From: Nitrospirota bacterium
GTDB lineage: Bacteria > Nitrospirota > Nitrospiria > Nitrospirales > Nitrospiraceae
Assembly (NCBI GenBank): GCA_963701855.1
Contig: CAVPBK010000006.1
Span: 1,056,001-1,120,000 of the forward strand
Length of the DNA: 64,000 bases
Reading direction: 5' to 3'
Part shown: positions 52,120 through 61,031 of the stretch, piece by piece
Layout: each line of letters begins with the position of its first letter
Numbering within the stretch: position 1 is the first letter of the stretch
Translations under genes and position numbers: made by a program
The notes under the pieces: generated by a model
What the model saw: the letters and a program-made list of their open reading frames with translations, nothing else
Told to the model about the DNA's origin: nothing
Database searches by the model: none

Positions 52120-53466
52120 TCACGCTCGTAGGATCTGCTCCTTCAAGCTGTCTAATGTGGCACTCAACGCACTGTCGTTATCTTTCGCTTTGATGACCTG
52201 CTTGCAGGCATGGATAATCGTCGTGTGGTCTTTGCCTCCGAACTGCCGCCCGATCTCGGGATACGAGGAATCTGTAAGTTCCCGACAGAGATACATGGCG
52301 ATCTGTCGCGGATGCACCAGCGTTTTACTCCGGCGACGGGATTTCAAGTCGGAGATTTTTACGTGGAAGCGCGCACCCACCGTTTCTTGGATATCGTCCA
52401 TCGACACGATTTTTTTCTTGGTTCCGATCAGATCCCGGAGTACGCTCTTCGCCATCTCCAGCGTGATCGTTTGGCCGGTGAGCGAGGCATAGGCACCAAG
52501 GCGCACCAACGAACCCTTGAGTTCGCGGATATTGCTCTTCATCGTTGTGGCAAGAAATTGGATGACATCTTCCGGCAACGTGACGCCCTCGTCCTCGGAT
52601 TTTTTCCGTAAAATGGCAATCCGTGTTTCAACGTCCGGCGGCTGGAGATCCGCGATTAGTCCCCATTCAAACCGTGACCTCAACCGTTCTTCGATATCAG
52701 GCATGTCTTTCGGAAAGCGATCGCTTGAGAGGACAAGCTGCTTATGCGCTTCATAGAGGGCGTTGAACGTGTGGAAAAATTCTTCCTGTGTGCGCTCCTT
52801 GCCCGCCAAAAACTGAATGTCGTCAATCATCAGCATGTCGATATGACGATACCGCTTCCGCAGATCCATCATCTTGTCATATCGAATGGAGTTGATGACC
52901 TCGTTGGTAAACTGCTCGGTTGTCAAATAGGCAATCCGGAGATCGGTCCGCTCCGCCACGTAATTTCCAATGGCATTGAGAAGGTGTGTCTTCCCTAGTC
53001 CGGTATCTCCATAGATAAAGAGTGGGTTGTAGGCTTTCGCCGGCTGTTCCGCAACTGCCATACAGGCGGCATGGGCAAATTGGTTTCCTGCTCCTACTAC
53101 GAAATTTTTGAACGTATACTTTGGGTTGAGCTGTATTCCACGTTTTGACCGTATCCCGGTGTTTTGGCGACCAGCTAAAACAGCATTCCCACTAGTCTCT
53201 GGCTGCTTGGTTGGCTGTTTATGAAAGATGACAAATGTGATCGCCGTTTCCACCCCACCTCTAGCTGCAGAAACGGCTTCCGCCAGTAGGGGTCCGTAAT
53301 GTTGACTTAACCAATCACCAAAGAACTTATTCGGGACACTTAATTGAGCCGTGGATTCTTCAATCCGTTCGAGATGAATCGGTGTAAACCACGTGTCATA
53401 AACCTGTTTTGGCACTTTTCCTTGGATATAGGCCAAGGCATTCTGCCATTCATTTGAGATAGTCAT
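52120..53466 (-). CDS. dnaA: Chromosomal replication initiator DnaA
   Basis: YNPLFIYGDTGLGKTHL, IDDIQF, RLRSRFEWG and FGGKDHTT motifs. Confidence 0.98.
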   Translation of the reverse strand: MTISNEWQNALAYIQGKVPKQVYDTWFTPIHLERIEESTAQLSVPNKFFGDWLSQHYGPLLAEAVSAARGGVETAITFVIFHKQPTKQPETSGNAVLAGRQNTGIRSKRGIQLNPKYTFKNFVVGAGNQFAHAACMAVAEQPAKAYNPLFIYGDTGLGKTHLLNAIGNYVAERTDLRIAYLTTEQFTNEVINSIRYDKMMDLRKRYRHIDMLMIDDIQFLAGKERTQEEFFHTFNALYEAHKQLVLSSDRFPKDMPDIEERLRSRFEWGLIADLQPPDVETRIAILRKKSEDEGVTLPEDVIQFLATTMKSNIRELKGSLVRLGAYASLTGQTITLEMAKSVLRDLIGTKKKIVSMDDIQETVGARFHVKISDLKSRRRSKTLVHPRQIAMYLCRELTDSSYPEIGRQFGGKDHTTIIHACKQVIKAKDNDSALSATLDSLKEQILRA

Positions 53467-53799
53467 AATCCCTGTATTATTCTACATACACAGACTTATT
53501 CACACCTGTTGATAACCTGACTTTTCATTGGGTGCCCTTGTACGGTTTTAATCATTATCAGACACTAAAACCATCATAGTAATAACTGCGCCAGGACTCG
53601 ACACAGATTATAGACTCTGCATGCAGTGGTTACTCAGAGTCAATCCCCAACTCACTCCACAAATACACCGCTCAATATGCCCTCTAAATTCATTGTCTTA
53701 CTCTCATTCCACAATATCCACTATACCTACTCTTACTCCTCCTCCGACGACTCTTTCTCTCTTACACATATTAAATTCGGAGAAGAACCATCAATTTAT
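53467..53799. other. oriC: Probable oriC
   Basis: AT-rich intergenic DNA upstream of dnaA with DnaA-box matches TTATTCACA (53496-53504) and TGTTGATAA (53507-53515), weaker boxes at 53705-53722, and a trinucleotide-periodic tract at ~53721-53752. Confidence 0.75.
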
Positions 53800-54042
53800 C
53801 TAGAGAACGATATTGTGTTCTGATGAAAAAATTTTCTCTACAAGGTCGTCATATGTTAAAGCCTGTCTGGAGCTATCAATCACCATCCTCTCACCATTAC
53901 CGACAGTGCCCTCTACAATAGAAGAGGCTATAGATGTTGCCTGCTCAATAAAGACGATGTCGATATTTTCATCACTCGCTCGAAAGAGCGCTGAAGAGAT
54001 TTGTTCTGGCTGTTGTCGAAGTAGATAGAGGGTTGCGCTCAT
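53800..54042 (-). CDS. DsrH/TusB-like small protein
   Basis: TLYLLR N-terminus and LTYDDLVEKIF C-terminus; third gene of a DsrEFH-like trio. Confidence 0.6.
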   Translation of the reverse strand: MSATLYLLRQQPEQISSALFRASDENIDIVFIEQATSIASSIVEGTVGNGERMVIDSSRQALTYDDLVEKIFSSEHNIVL

Positions 54043-54060
54043 GAAATCACAAATAGATCT

Positions 54061-54402
54061 CTAAAAAACTAAACTTCTGTCAGCTGATCGAATGAACAGT
54101 CTGATTTCATCAGCTGTTCTGGTATTCACAATAAAACCATCGGACAACAGATCTGTTGCCGTGCCAATCTCGACAATAAAGGGAACGGCCAAGTGTTTAA
54201 ATGAAGGAAGATATTTTTCAAGAACATCGATGTCGATAATCTCATCTGATTCTTCCATTAACAGCGAGGAGGCTCGTCCTAGAAGCACGACAGTTGTCTC
54301 ATGATCCCCAGCGCAGAGCCCCAATGCAATACGAAGTGCTTCAACGGGGCGAGCCGTCACATAAGGATCTTCTGAAATCACCACCGCGATGCGTTTCGAC
54401 AT
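54061..54402 (-). CDS. DsrF/TusC-like protein
   Basis: IAVVISEDPY..EALRIALGL and C-terminal ADRSLVF. Confidence 0.7.
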   Translation of the reverse strand: MSKRIAVVISEDPYVTARPVEALRIALGLCAGDHETTVVLLGRASSLLMEESDEIIDIDVLEKYLPSFKHLAVPFIVEIGTATDLLSDGFIVNTRTADEIRLFIRSADRSLVF

Positions 54403-54431
54403 AGACGGTCAACCGCAGTGACAATAACTTC

Positions 54432-54752
54432 TTATGTAAAAGCAAGAAAGCGATCACAGCCATCAATAATTCCCGACAGCACAACTAAACCGGACAAAGA
54501 AACCCGCGAATCGATAGTGGCCGTTAACACACCATGTTGTTGACAGCCGTACGCACAGACAGACATCTTCACCCCGGCATTGATCAAATCAAGATAGCGT
54601 TGATCCACAGCCGTCTTCACCCCTTCATCAATGAGATAGAGATAGACATCGACTCCTTTGCGCAGAGCAGCCTGAGCCAGCTGGACAACAGTCTCAACAC
54701 TGGGATGAGTTGGGGGTGTGGATAACAAGAGACCAAGCTTAAGAGCCGACAT
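54432..54752 (-). CDS. DsrE/TusD-like sulfur relay protein
   Basis: YLIDEGV, VCAYGCQQHG and CDRFLAF motifs; contains a perfect DnaA box TGTGGATAA at 54717-54725. Confidence 0.75.
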   Translation of the reverse strand: MSALKLGLLLSTPPTHPSVETVVQLAQAALRKGVDVYLYLIDEGVKTAVDQRYLDLINAGVKMSVCAYGCQQHGVLTATIDSRVSLSGLVVLSGIIDGCDRFLAFT

Positions 54753-54854
54753 AGTTACAAACAAAATACGTCAATACAATCAATCTATTACGAGTAAAAT
54801 TCCTCGCGAGCCTACGAGGTTTTCAATATAAAGTCAACATCAAAATACGGACGT

Positions 54855-56132
54855 CTATCGGGTGAGAATATGAGCAATATTACGGGAGCGGAGGAGAGTG
54901 GCGAGACCTGCTAGAGGGAGTTCTTCTTGGGCCTTGGACTCGAGATTACGAATAATAGCGGAGCCGCGAGCTACTTCATCGTCGCCCAAGAGAATAGCAT
55001 AACAGCACTTTGATCGATCAGCTTGGCGAAGATGAGCCTTAAGTGTGGTGGCGCGATAGTCGCATTGAGCGGAGAATCCTACCTTACGGAGTTCATCGAG
55101 CAGCACAAGACCGAGCTTGGTCCCGTTCCCTCCAAAAGCCGCGACATAGTACAGACATTCGTGTAACGAAGACGATGGTGAAGGTGGGAGCATCAATGCC
55201 ACTCGCTCAAGCCCGATGGCGAATCCTATAGCCGGAATTGAGGGGCCGCCGAGCGTTTCCACTAAACCGTCATAGCGGCCACCAGCGCCCACCGCATTTT
55301 GAGCTCCCAAATGAGTCGAAGTAATTTCAAAACTCGTCAAACAATAATAGTCGAGTCCCCGAACCAAACGAGGATTAAGTCTATAGGGTACTCCGATAGC
55401 CACAAGACCTTCGAGAACCTGATCGAAATGGGTACGGGCTTCAGGAGAGAGATGGTCGGTCAGCCGGGGCGCAGACTCAGTCACCAGGCGACAGTCCGGC
55501 ACCTTACAATCCAGTACCCGCAAGGGATTCGTCTCCATGCGGCGCCGGCAGTTTGCACAGAGGCGTGATTCCTGCTGTCTGAGGAATGCTAGCAGAATAG
55601 GCTTATAGGCAGCGCGGTCGCCAGAGCTTCCCAGGCTATTGATCTCCAGGGTCAGGTCGGGCAGGGCCAGATCCGATAGGAGACGCCACAGCAGTGCAAT
55701 AACCTCGATATCTATACGAGGGTCCGATGTGCCGAACGATTCAACCCCGAATTGATGGAACTGCCGAAGGCGCCCCGCTTGTGGCCGCTCGTGGCGGAAC
55801 ATCGGCCCGATGTAAAAATACTTCTGCGGGAGCGGATCAGCCGCCCGATTGTGCTCGATGTAGGCGCGGACTGTGCCTGCCGTGCCCTCTGGGCGCAAGG
55901 TCAACGAGGCTCCATCTCGGTCGGGAAATGTATACATCTCTTTTTCGACGATATCTGTCGCAGCACCGATGCTCCGGGCGAAAAGCGTAGTGAGTTCGAA
56001 GATAGGGATCCGGATCTCCTGATACCCATAACAGAGCGCCCAACGCCTCGCCGCATCCTCAATGAAACGCCAACGAGGGGTCTCCTCAGGAAGGATATCT
56101 TTAACACCCTTGATGCCCTTGATTATGTCCAT
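54855..56132 (-). CDS. hisS: Histidine--tRNA ligase
   Basis: LRPEGTA, FRHERPQAGRLRQFHQ, LVRGLDYY and GGRYDGL motifs. Confidence 0.98.
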   Translation of the reverse strand: MDIIKGIKGVKDILPEETPRWRFIEDAARRWALCYGYQEIRIPIFELTTLFARSIGAATDIVEKEMYTFPDRDGASLTLRPEGTAGTVRAYIEHNRAADPLPQKYFYIGPMFRHERPQAGRLRQFHQFGVESFGTSDPRIDIEVIALLWRLLSDLALPDLTLEINSLGSSGDRAAYKPILLAFLRQQESRLCANCRRRMETNPLRVLDCKVPDCRLVTESAPRLTDHLSPEARTHFDQVLEGLVAIGVPYRLNPRLVRGLDYYCLTSFEITSTHLGAQNAVGAGGRYDGLVETLGGPSIPAIGFAIGLERVALMLPPSPSSSLHECLYYVAAFGGNGTKLGLVLLDELRKVGFSAQCDYRATTLKAHLRQADRSKCCYAILLGDDEVARGSAIIRNLESKAQEELPLAGLATLLRSRNIAHILTR

Positions 56133-56161
56133 GCTCAGCGACCGATGCGGAAAGAGTCGGG

Positions 56162-56190
56162 ACTATAGCGACGGGTGTCGGGCAAGTCAA
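56162..56190 (-). promoter_or_regulatory. sigma70 promoter of hisS
   Basis: TTGACT, 17-nt spacer, TATAGT, 30 nt before the start codon. Confidence 0.65.
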
Positions 56191-56200
56191 CGCAGGCCTA

Positions 56201-56326
56201 GCAGGATGCTGAAACAGTCCGCCAGCATCGTTCTCGCATCGTTCAGATCCTCAACGTACCCCAGAGGGTACGCCTCCGGTCTTCATTCGCTGCGGCCTTG
56301 CTGGACGAACTTTTTGAGCATCCTGC
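56201..56326 (+). repeat. Family A repeat, copy 5
   Basis: GCAGGATGCTGAAA...TTTGAGCATCCTGC, with a CTAG overlapping its left end. Confidence 0.92.
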
Positions 56327-56463
56327 GATTCGTCCACAAAACCGCCTCCTCAGAGACATTTCCCCTTCTACGAACGACGCATGGCGAGCCACGCCGTGGC
56401 TTCTTGCGCCGACTGGCGTGTGGGCGTATAGTTCGCAGCCTATCTGATGCTTGAGGATGTTTC

Positions 56464-57951
56464 ATGAGCATAGACCAACCGACCCGCCGTGTCATCGCGC
56501 TTGCGCCGATGCCACCCGAAAAATCCGCCTACGCCCTGGCCCGCTACAGCCGTTCGCCGGACTCGATCGAGGACAGCCTCCGCTGGGTACACGGACATTC
56601 TTCTGAAAAGTTCTGGGATCAGTTCTACTTCGACTACGGCCATGCATCCATCGCCGATTTAGGCCATGTCATCATCTGTTTTGAGGAGATCTCCGAACTC
56701 GCCGCGATTCGACTCGAAGACGAGCCCTTGTGGGATGGCCAAGCAAAATCGAGCCGGTATCAGAACTTTGCCTCAGGCGGGTGGTTCGTACCTGATTCCA
56801 TTCGAGGGTCGGAGACGGAAGGCACCTATCACGGCATTCTCCGCAGCCTCGCCGAGATCTATCGGCTGCTACACCAGCCGTTAACCCAATTTATTTCCGA
56901 GCGGGAACCGCGTCCCGAGTCGATGAAACCGGCCGATTATCAACGAACGATCGCCGCGCGCGCATTCGATGTGACACGGTATCTTTTGCCCCTTGCAGCC
57001 AGGACGAACGTCGGGCAAGTCGTCAGCATCAGAACGTTGGAGAAGCAAATCACCAGACTGCTGTCGTCGCAACTACCGGAATTGCGATCAATCGGAGACG
57101 AACTCAAGGACGCCTGCCAACGGTCACCCGTGAATCTCTGGGGCGAACTGAGTGGTCAGACGGCTGGAGGACATGAACCTCTCGCGCCGACGCTCGCTCG
57201 CCATGCGAAGCCGAACGACTATCAAGTTTCGGTCTACCAGGACCTCGCCAAATACGCGAAGGACGCGCTCCGTGGAACCGGCTTGGACCAACCGGCGTCT
57301 TGGGGCGAGCCGGAGCCGGTGGTCCTCATCGAACCCCACGATCCGTTGGATGAACTCGTGACCACGTTGCTGTACCGCGTCTCGCATGCGCCCTATCGAA
57401 GCCTCCTCGCGGTTGTCCGCACCTGGACGGAGAAACAGAAACAGGAGGCGATCGATGTGGCGATAAGCACACGAGGGCCCTACGACGAACTCATCAAAGA
57501 GTTCCGCAGCGGCTACGCTTTCACGTTCGATGTGCTGATGGACATCGGAGGCTGGCGCGACATGCACCGGCATCGGCGCTGTCAGCAGATTCAGCAGAAC
57601 TTTACGACGTTGCACGGTTACGAAGTTCCGCCGCCTCTCGTGCAGGCGGGATTGGACCAGGAGTACCGGCAAGCGATGGACGCAGTCCGATCCGATATCG
57701 AGCAGCTCAAGAAAACGAGCGCGGAGGGATCGCTCTACGCGACGCCGTTCGGATTCAAGGTGCGGTGCCTCTTTAAGATGGACTATGCCGAAGCCGAATA
57801 TATTGCCAGGCTTCGTTCCGGCGTAAAGGGCCATTGGTCATACAGGACCATCGCCTGGTTAATGAAGCAAAAACTTGCCGCACGCTATCCTTCACTCGGG
57901 GATCGCATTCAGGCTACTTCCCCGGACATCGAAGACACCCTCACCAGATAA
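56464..57951 (+). CDS. thyX: FAD-dependent thymidylate synthase-like protein (two ThyX domains)
   Basis: YGHASIA, KSSRY, RYLLPLA and RDMHRHR motifs. Confidence 0.8.
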   Translation: MSIDQPTRRVIALAPMPPEKSAYALARYSRSPDSIEDSLRWVHGHSSEKFWDQFYFDYGHASIADLGHVIICFEEISELAAIRLEDEPLWDGQAKSSRYQNFASGGWFVPDSIRGSETEGTYHGILRSLAEIYRLLHQPLTQFISEREPRPESMKPADYQRTIAARAFDVTRYLLPLAARTNVGQVVSIRTLEKQITRLLSSQLPELRSIGDELKDACQRSPVNLWGELSGQTAGGHEPLAPTLARHAKPNDYQVSVYQDLAKYAKDALRGTGLDQPASWGEPEPVVLIEPHDPLDELVTTLLYRVSHAPYRSLLAVVRTWTEKQKQEAIDVAISTRGPYDELIKEFRSGYAFTFDVLMDIGGWRDMHRHRRCQQIQQNFTTLHGYEVPPPLVQAGLDQEYRQAMDAVRSDIEQLKKTSAEGSLYATPFGFKVRCLFKMDYAEAEYIARLRSGVKGHWSYRTIAWLMKQKLAARYPSLGDRIQATSPDIEDTLTR

Positions 57952-57965
57952 TCAGATCGACTCCG

Positions 57966-59003
57966 ATGACCGACTACCAAGCCCAATGTGAAGCGAGGCT
58001 ATTGGAGGGCCAATGGGGTCAGGCCCAGCAGGTTGCACTGGCCTGGGCCCGCCATCTTTCTACCGGCGCTAACCGGGATCCTCGACCCCATTTTGCTCTG
58101 AACGTGATCCACCTGCTCCGCGGGGAATTCGCTGAAGCCTGGAAAACTCACGCGAAGTGCCTAGAAGAATCCGAAGACATTGCCCATGTCAAAGAGTGGG
58201 TCGAAGGATTTGTTGCGCAACAACCTGAGCAGGCCAACGCCTATCTTGTAATGGGGTTGTTCCTGGCCCAATCAGGCCAATCTGAACAGTCGATCGCTGC
58301 CTACAAGGAGTCAATCAAACTCGCGCCACAGTCCTCCCACCCCCATTATTTTCTCGCACAGATTCATGAGCGGGCCAACCACCTTGAAATGGCCATCAAG
58401 GAATATCGTGAAGCCGTGCGCCTCGATCCTTCCCATGCTCCGGCCCGGATCAACTTGGGCGTGGCCTATCAAGAGCAGGGCCGGTTGGAAATGGCGATTC
58501 CGCAATATCGGGAAGTGATCAAACTGAAGCCAAACGATGCGACCACTCATGCCAACCTCGCCTGTGCGCTTGCCGAGCAGGGCAAGTTCGAGCCTGCCTT
58601 GCAGTCCTACAAGGAAGCATTGCGCCTGAACCCCAAGGATGCAGAAGTGCATTTCGCGCTGGGAGGGCTCTATGAAACGAGAGGTCGCCTGGATCTGGCG
58701 CAAAAGGAGTATGACGCGGCCCTCATCGCCGATCCGAACTTCGGTCCGGCTCATTCCGCGCTTGGCTGGTTGGCGCTGGGCAGACAACACATGCAGGTCG
58801 CTTATGATGCGTTCAATCGGGCCCTCAAGTCCAACGATCAAGACCCTCGGGCCTACCACGGCATCGGCGAATACTATTTGCAAAAGAGGAAACGGGAGAG
58901 CGCCCTGGACAATTTTGCCAAGGCGCTCAAGTACTACAAAGATCCCGAGAAGAGAAACGCGTTATTGAATCAGCTGTTCCAAGAAGGCCAAATGGCTGAT
59001 TAG
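57966..59003 (+). CDS. Tetratricopeptide repeat protein
   Basis: Multiple 34-aa repeats (NLGVAYQEQG..A..YR.A..L.P); start at MTDYQA. Confidence 0.9.
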   Translation: MTDYQAQCEARLLEGQWGQAQQVALAWARHLSTGANRDPRPHFALNVIHLLRGEFAEAWKTHAKCLEESEDIAHVKEWVEGFVAQQPEQANAYLVMGLFLAQSGQSEQSIAAYKESIKLAPQSSHPHYFLAQIHERANHLEMAIKEYREAVRLDPSHAPARINLGVAYQEQGRLEMAIPQYREVIKLKPNDATTHANLACALAEQGKFEPALQSYKEALRLNPKDAEVHFALGGLYETRGRLDLAQKEYDAALIADPNFGPAHSALGWLALGRQHMQVAYDAFNRALKSNDQDPRAYHGIGEYYLQKRKRESALDNFAKALKYYKDPEKRNALLNQLFQEGQMAD

Positions 59004-59005
59004 CC

Positions 59006-59129
59006 GGATGCTGAAAAAGTCCGCCAGCGTCGTTCTTGCATCGTTCAGATCTCCTCAACGTACCCCAGAGGGTACGCCTCTGGGGCTTTCATCGTCTGCG
59101 GCCTTGCTGAACGGCCTTTTTGAGCGTCC
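59006..59129 (+). repeat. Family A repeat, copy 6
   Basis: GGATGCTGAAAAAGTCCG...CGGCCTTTTTGAGCGTCC, two nt after the TPR gene's TAG. Confidence 0.9.
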
Positions 59130-59187
59130 TGCGTGACTGAGCTGCAATCTCCCATGCTCGCAGAGGCCATACAAAGAGGGTAATCAA

Positions 59188-59991
59188 ATGAGCTTCTTTT
59201 TTGATGTTTGGACTGTGCACGGATTTATTCTCGCAAGCGATGTGCGGCTCATGGAGAACGGTCAGGCAAAACTAGGGCGGAAAATCTATTGCTCACAAGA
59301 CGGTTCAAGAGTGAAGTGCGCAATAGCCATTTGCGGCATGTATCCCGATGCCTCTAGAAATCATTTCATCCAAGCCGTGGCTGCCAAGGATACATTGAGG
59401 GACATTGCCTCAAGCTTCGCGGAGAAATGGACTGAGCGCTATGCAGGTACAAATGATTATTCTGCCATTCACTTGGTCGGTTTTGAGAAGGTGACGGTCT
59501 CCGGCAATTCTGTTCCTCAATTGTGGTTCTGGCGAAATTCTGATGATGGGATAAATTTCTTTAAGAAAGAGGATCTGCTCAGAGACCTTGCGACGTTCGC
59601 AGACCCAATTCCAGCTAACAATCATATTCCTTGGGAAATAAAGGAGCTCACAGGAAAATTCCCTGACGACACATTGGAGGACCAGTATTCACTCGTGACA
59701 AGCTTTCTAAGATTGCACCAACCACTGTTTACTTGGAACGGTGATACCAGCTTCTGGAGAAGTGCGGCCAGTTCAGTGGGGTCCGCACCGAATCTCCTGT
59801 GGAAGCAAAAACGTGCTTGGACCATTGATGAGGCAACAACGGTGACATCACTCTGTTTTGAGTTTCTGGCAAAGGTGGGCAACCTGCTGCCCGAGTCAAC
59901 AGTTGGTTTATCACAGGACGGCAAGTTCGATCTCATTACTGTTACACCGGACAATGTTACATGGGTTTCACGAGCCGATATCCAGTCCTGA
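59188..59991 (+). CDS. Hypothetical protein with a proteasome-beta/Ntn-hydrolase-like N-terminus
   Basis: After Met removal: S1, G11, D17, R19, K31-I; AT-rich relative to its flanks. Confidence 0.55.
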   Translation: MSFFFDVWTVHGFILASDVRLMENGQAKLGRKIYCSQDGSRVKCAIAICGMYPDASRNHFIQAVAAKDTLRDIASSFAEKWTERYAGTNDYSAIHLVGFEKVTVSGNSVPQLWFWRNSDDGINFFKKEDLLRDLATFADPIPANNHIPWEIKELTGKFPDDTLEDQYSLVTSFLRLHQPLFTWNGDTSFWRSAASSVGSAPNLLWKQKRAWTIDEATTVTSLCFEFLAKVGNLLPESTVGLSQDGKFDLITVTPDNVTWVSRADIQS

Positions 59992-60017
59992 TAAACTCTG
60001 TCTGCGGTGGAGTTAGA

Positions 60018-60137
60018 GGCTGCTCAAAATTTCAGCCAGCAAGGCCGCAGGAAGCGGGACGACTGAGGCGTACCCTTGCGGTACGTCGCAGGGAGGCACG
60101 CGACCGAGAACGAAGCTGGAGGGAATTTTCAGCAGCC
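60018..60137 (-). repeat. Family A repeat, copy 7 (divergent)
   Basis: GGCTGCTCAAAATT...AATTTTCAGCAGCC with conserved CAAGGCCGCAG, GAGGCGTAC..GTACG and CGAGAACGAAGCTGG blocks. Confidence 0.88.
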
Positions 60138-60139
60138 GA

Positions 60140-60409
60140 TCAGAGGTCGCGGATGGCGCCTTGTAGCACCGTGATCTGCGTCACCGCGTCGCCTGAAGAC
60201 TTCAGTTCTGTACGGATTTGATCTTTGAGGTAAGAGGAATATCCCACGCGGTCGATCAAGAGGTCGAGAAACCGTTCAACCGGCAGTAGACTCTGGGCCT
60301 TGAGCTCTTCCACGATTTCGTCGCTGACGGGCACGTAGCTGCTCCCCATGTGGAACACCACATTGTAGTGACGATTTTTCCCGATGCGCTCGAATCGTAG
60401 ACCTTTCAC
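60140..60409 (-). CDS. Small hypothetical protein
   Basis: GAGGA RBS before GTG; 89-aa ORF. Confidence 0.7.
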   Translation of the reverse strand: MKGLRFERIGKNRHYNVVFHMGSSYVPVSDEIVEELKAQSLLPVERFLDLLIDRVGYSSYLKDQIRTELKSSGDAVTQITVLQGAIRDL

Positions 60410-60661
60410 CAGATTTTCCTCGGAAGAATGTTCAGAGAGTCGCCTTGTTCAGTCTCGCCTCGGTCTCAAAATCCGTGAAAGACAAGACGTGATTAGCGAG
60501 GGGAGGGTTGCCAAGCACGCTTCTTCCGAAGCCTTTCATATGTGACGATTCGTTCGCCGGCTTTGTTGAACAGCCCACCCGCTCTGTTAAGAGCACCCCA
60601 TTCTAGACAAGTGGACGCACGAAGACAAGGAGTGGAACACAGCTCTACCGGCATGAGCTGG

Positions 60662-61003
60662 TCAAGCTTCGGTGGTTTTTTTTCCGAAATACTCCTTCCT
60701 GCTGACGGCCACGTCCGTGACGAACATGACCCCGGAGTGTCGATCGAACAGCGGCCTGAGTCCGGCGAGGATCGGATTCACCTTTTCTTCCGGGACGACC
60801 GTCATGATCATTTCGAGACTTTCCTGCTCGCTGAACATGAAGTGCGCTTCATGCATGCCGCCATGGCCTTTCCCCGACACGTTGCCGATGATCGTGTAGC
60901 CGGTCGCCTTGACCTGATCCAGCAGCTCGGTCACGAACGCCCTGTGTTCTCCCGCCACAATCACACGAATTTCTTTCATCGAATGCAATGTCAACGGACC
61001 CAC
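60662..61003 (-). CDS. PII-like signal transduction protein
   Basis: MKEIRVIV..TGYTII..SGKGHGG..SGVMFVTDVAV; GTG start 7 nt after AGGAG. Confidence 0.8.
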   Translation of the reverse strand: MGPLTLHSMKEIRVIVAGEHRAFVTELLDQVKATGYTIIGNVSGKGHGGMHEAHFMFSEQESLEMIMTVVPEEKVNPILAGLRPLFDRHSGVMFVTDVAVSRKEYFGKKTTEA

Positions 61004-61031
61004 AGTCAATCTCCTTCCTTGATGAGTTGAT

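Noticed and set aside
57834..57965. N-terminal extension of the TPR ORF overlapping thyX
   Set aside because: ATG 57966 just after the thyX stop is the more plausible start.
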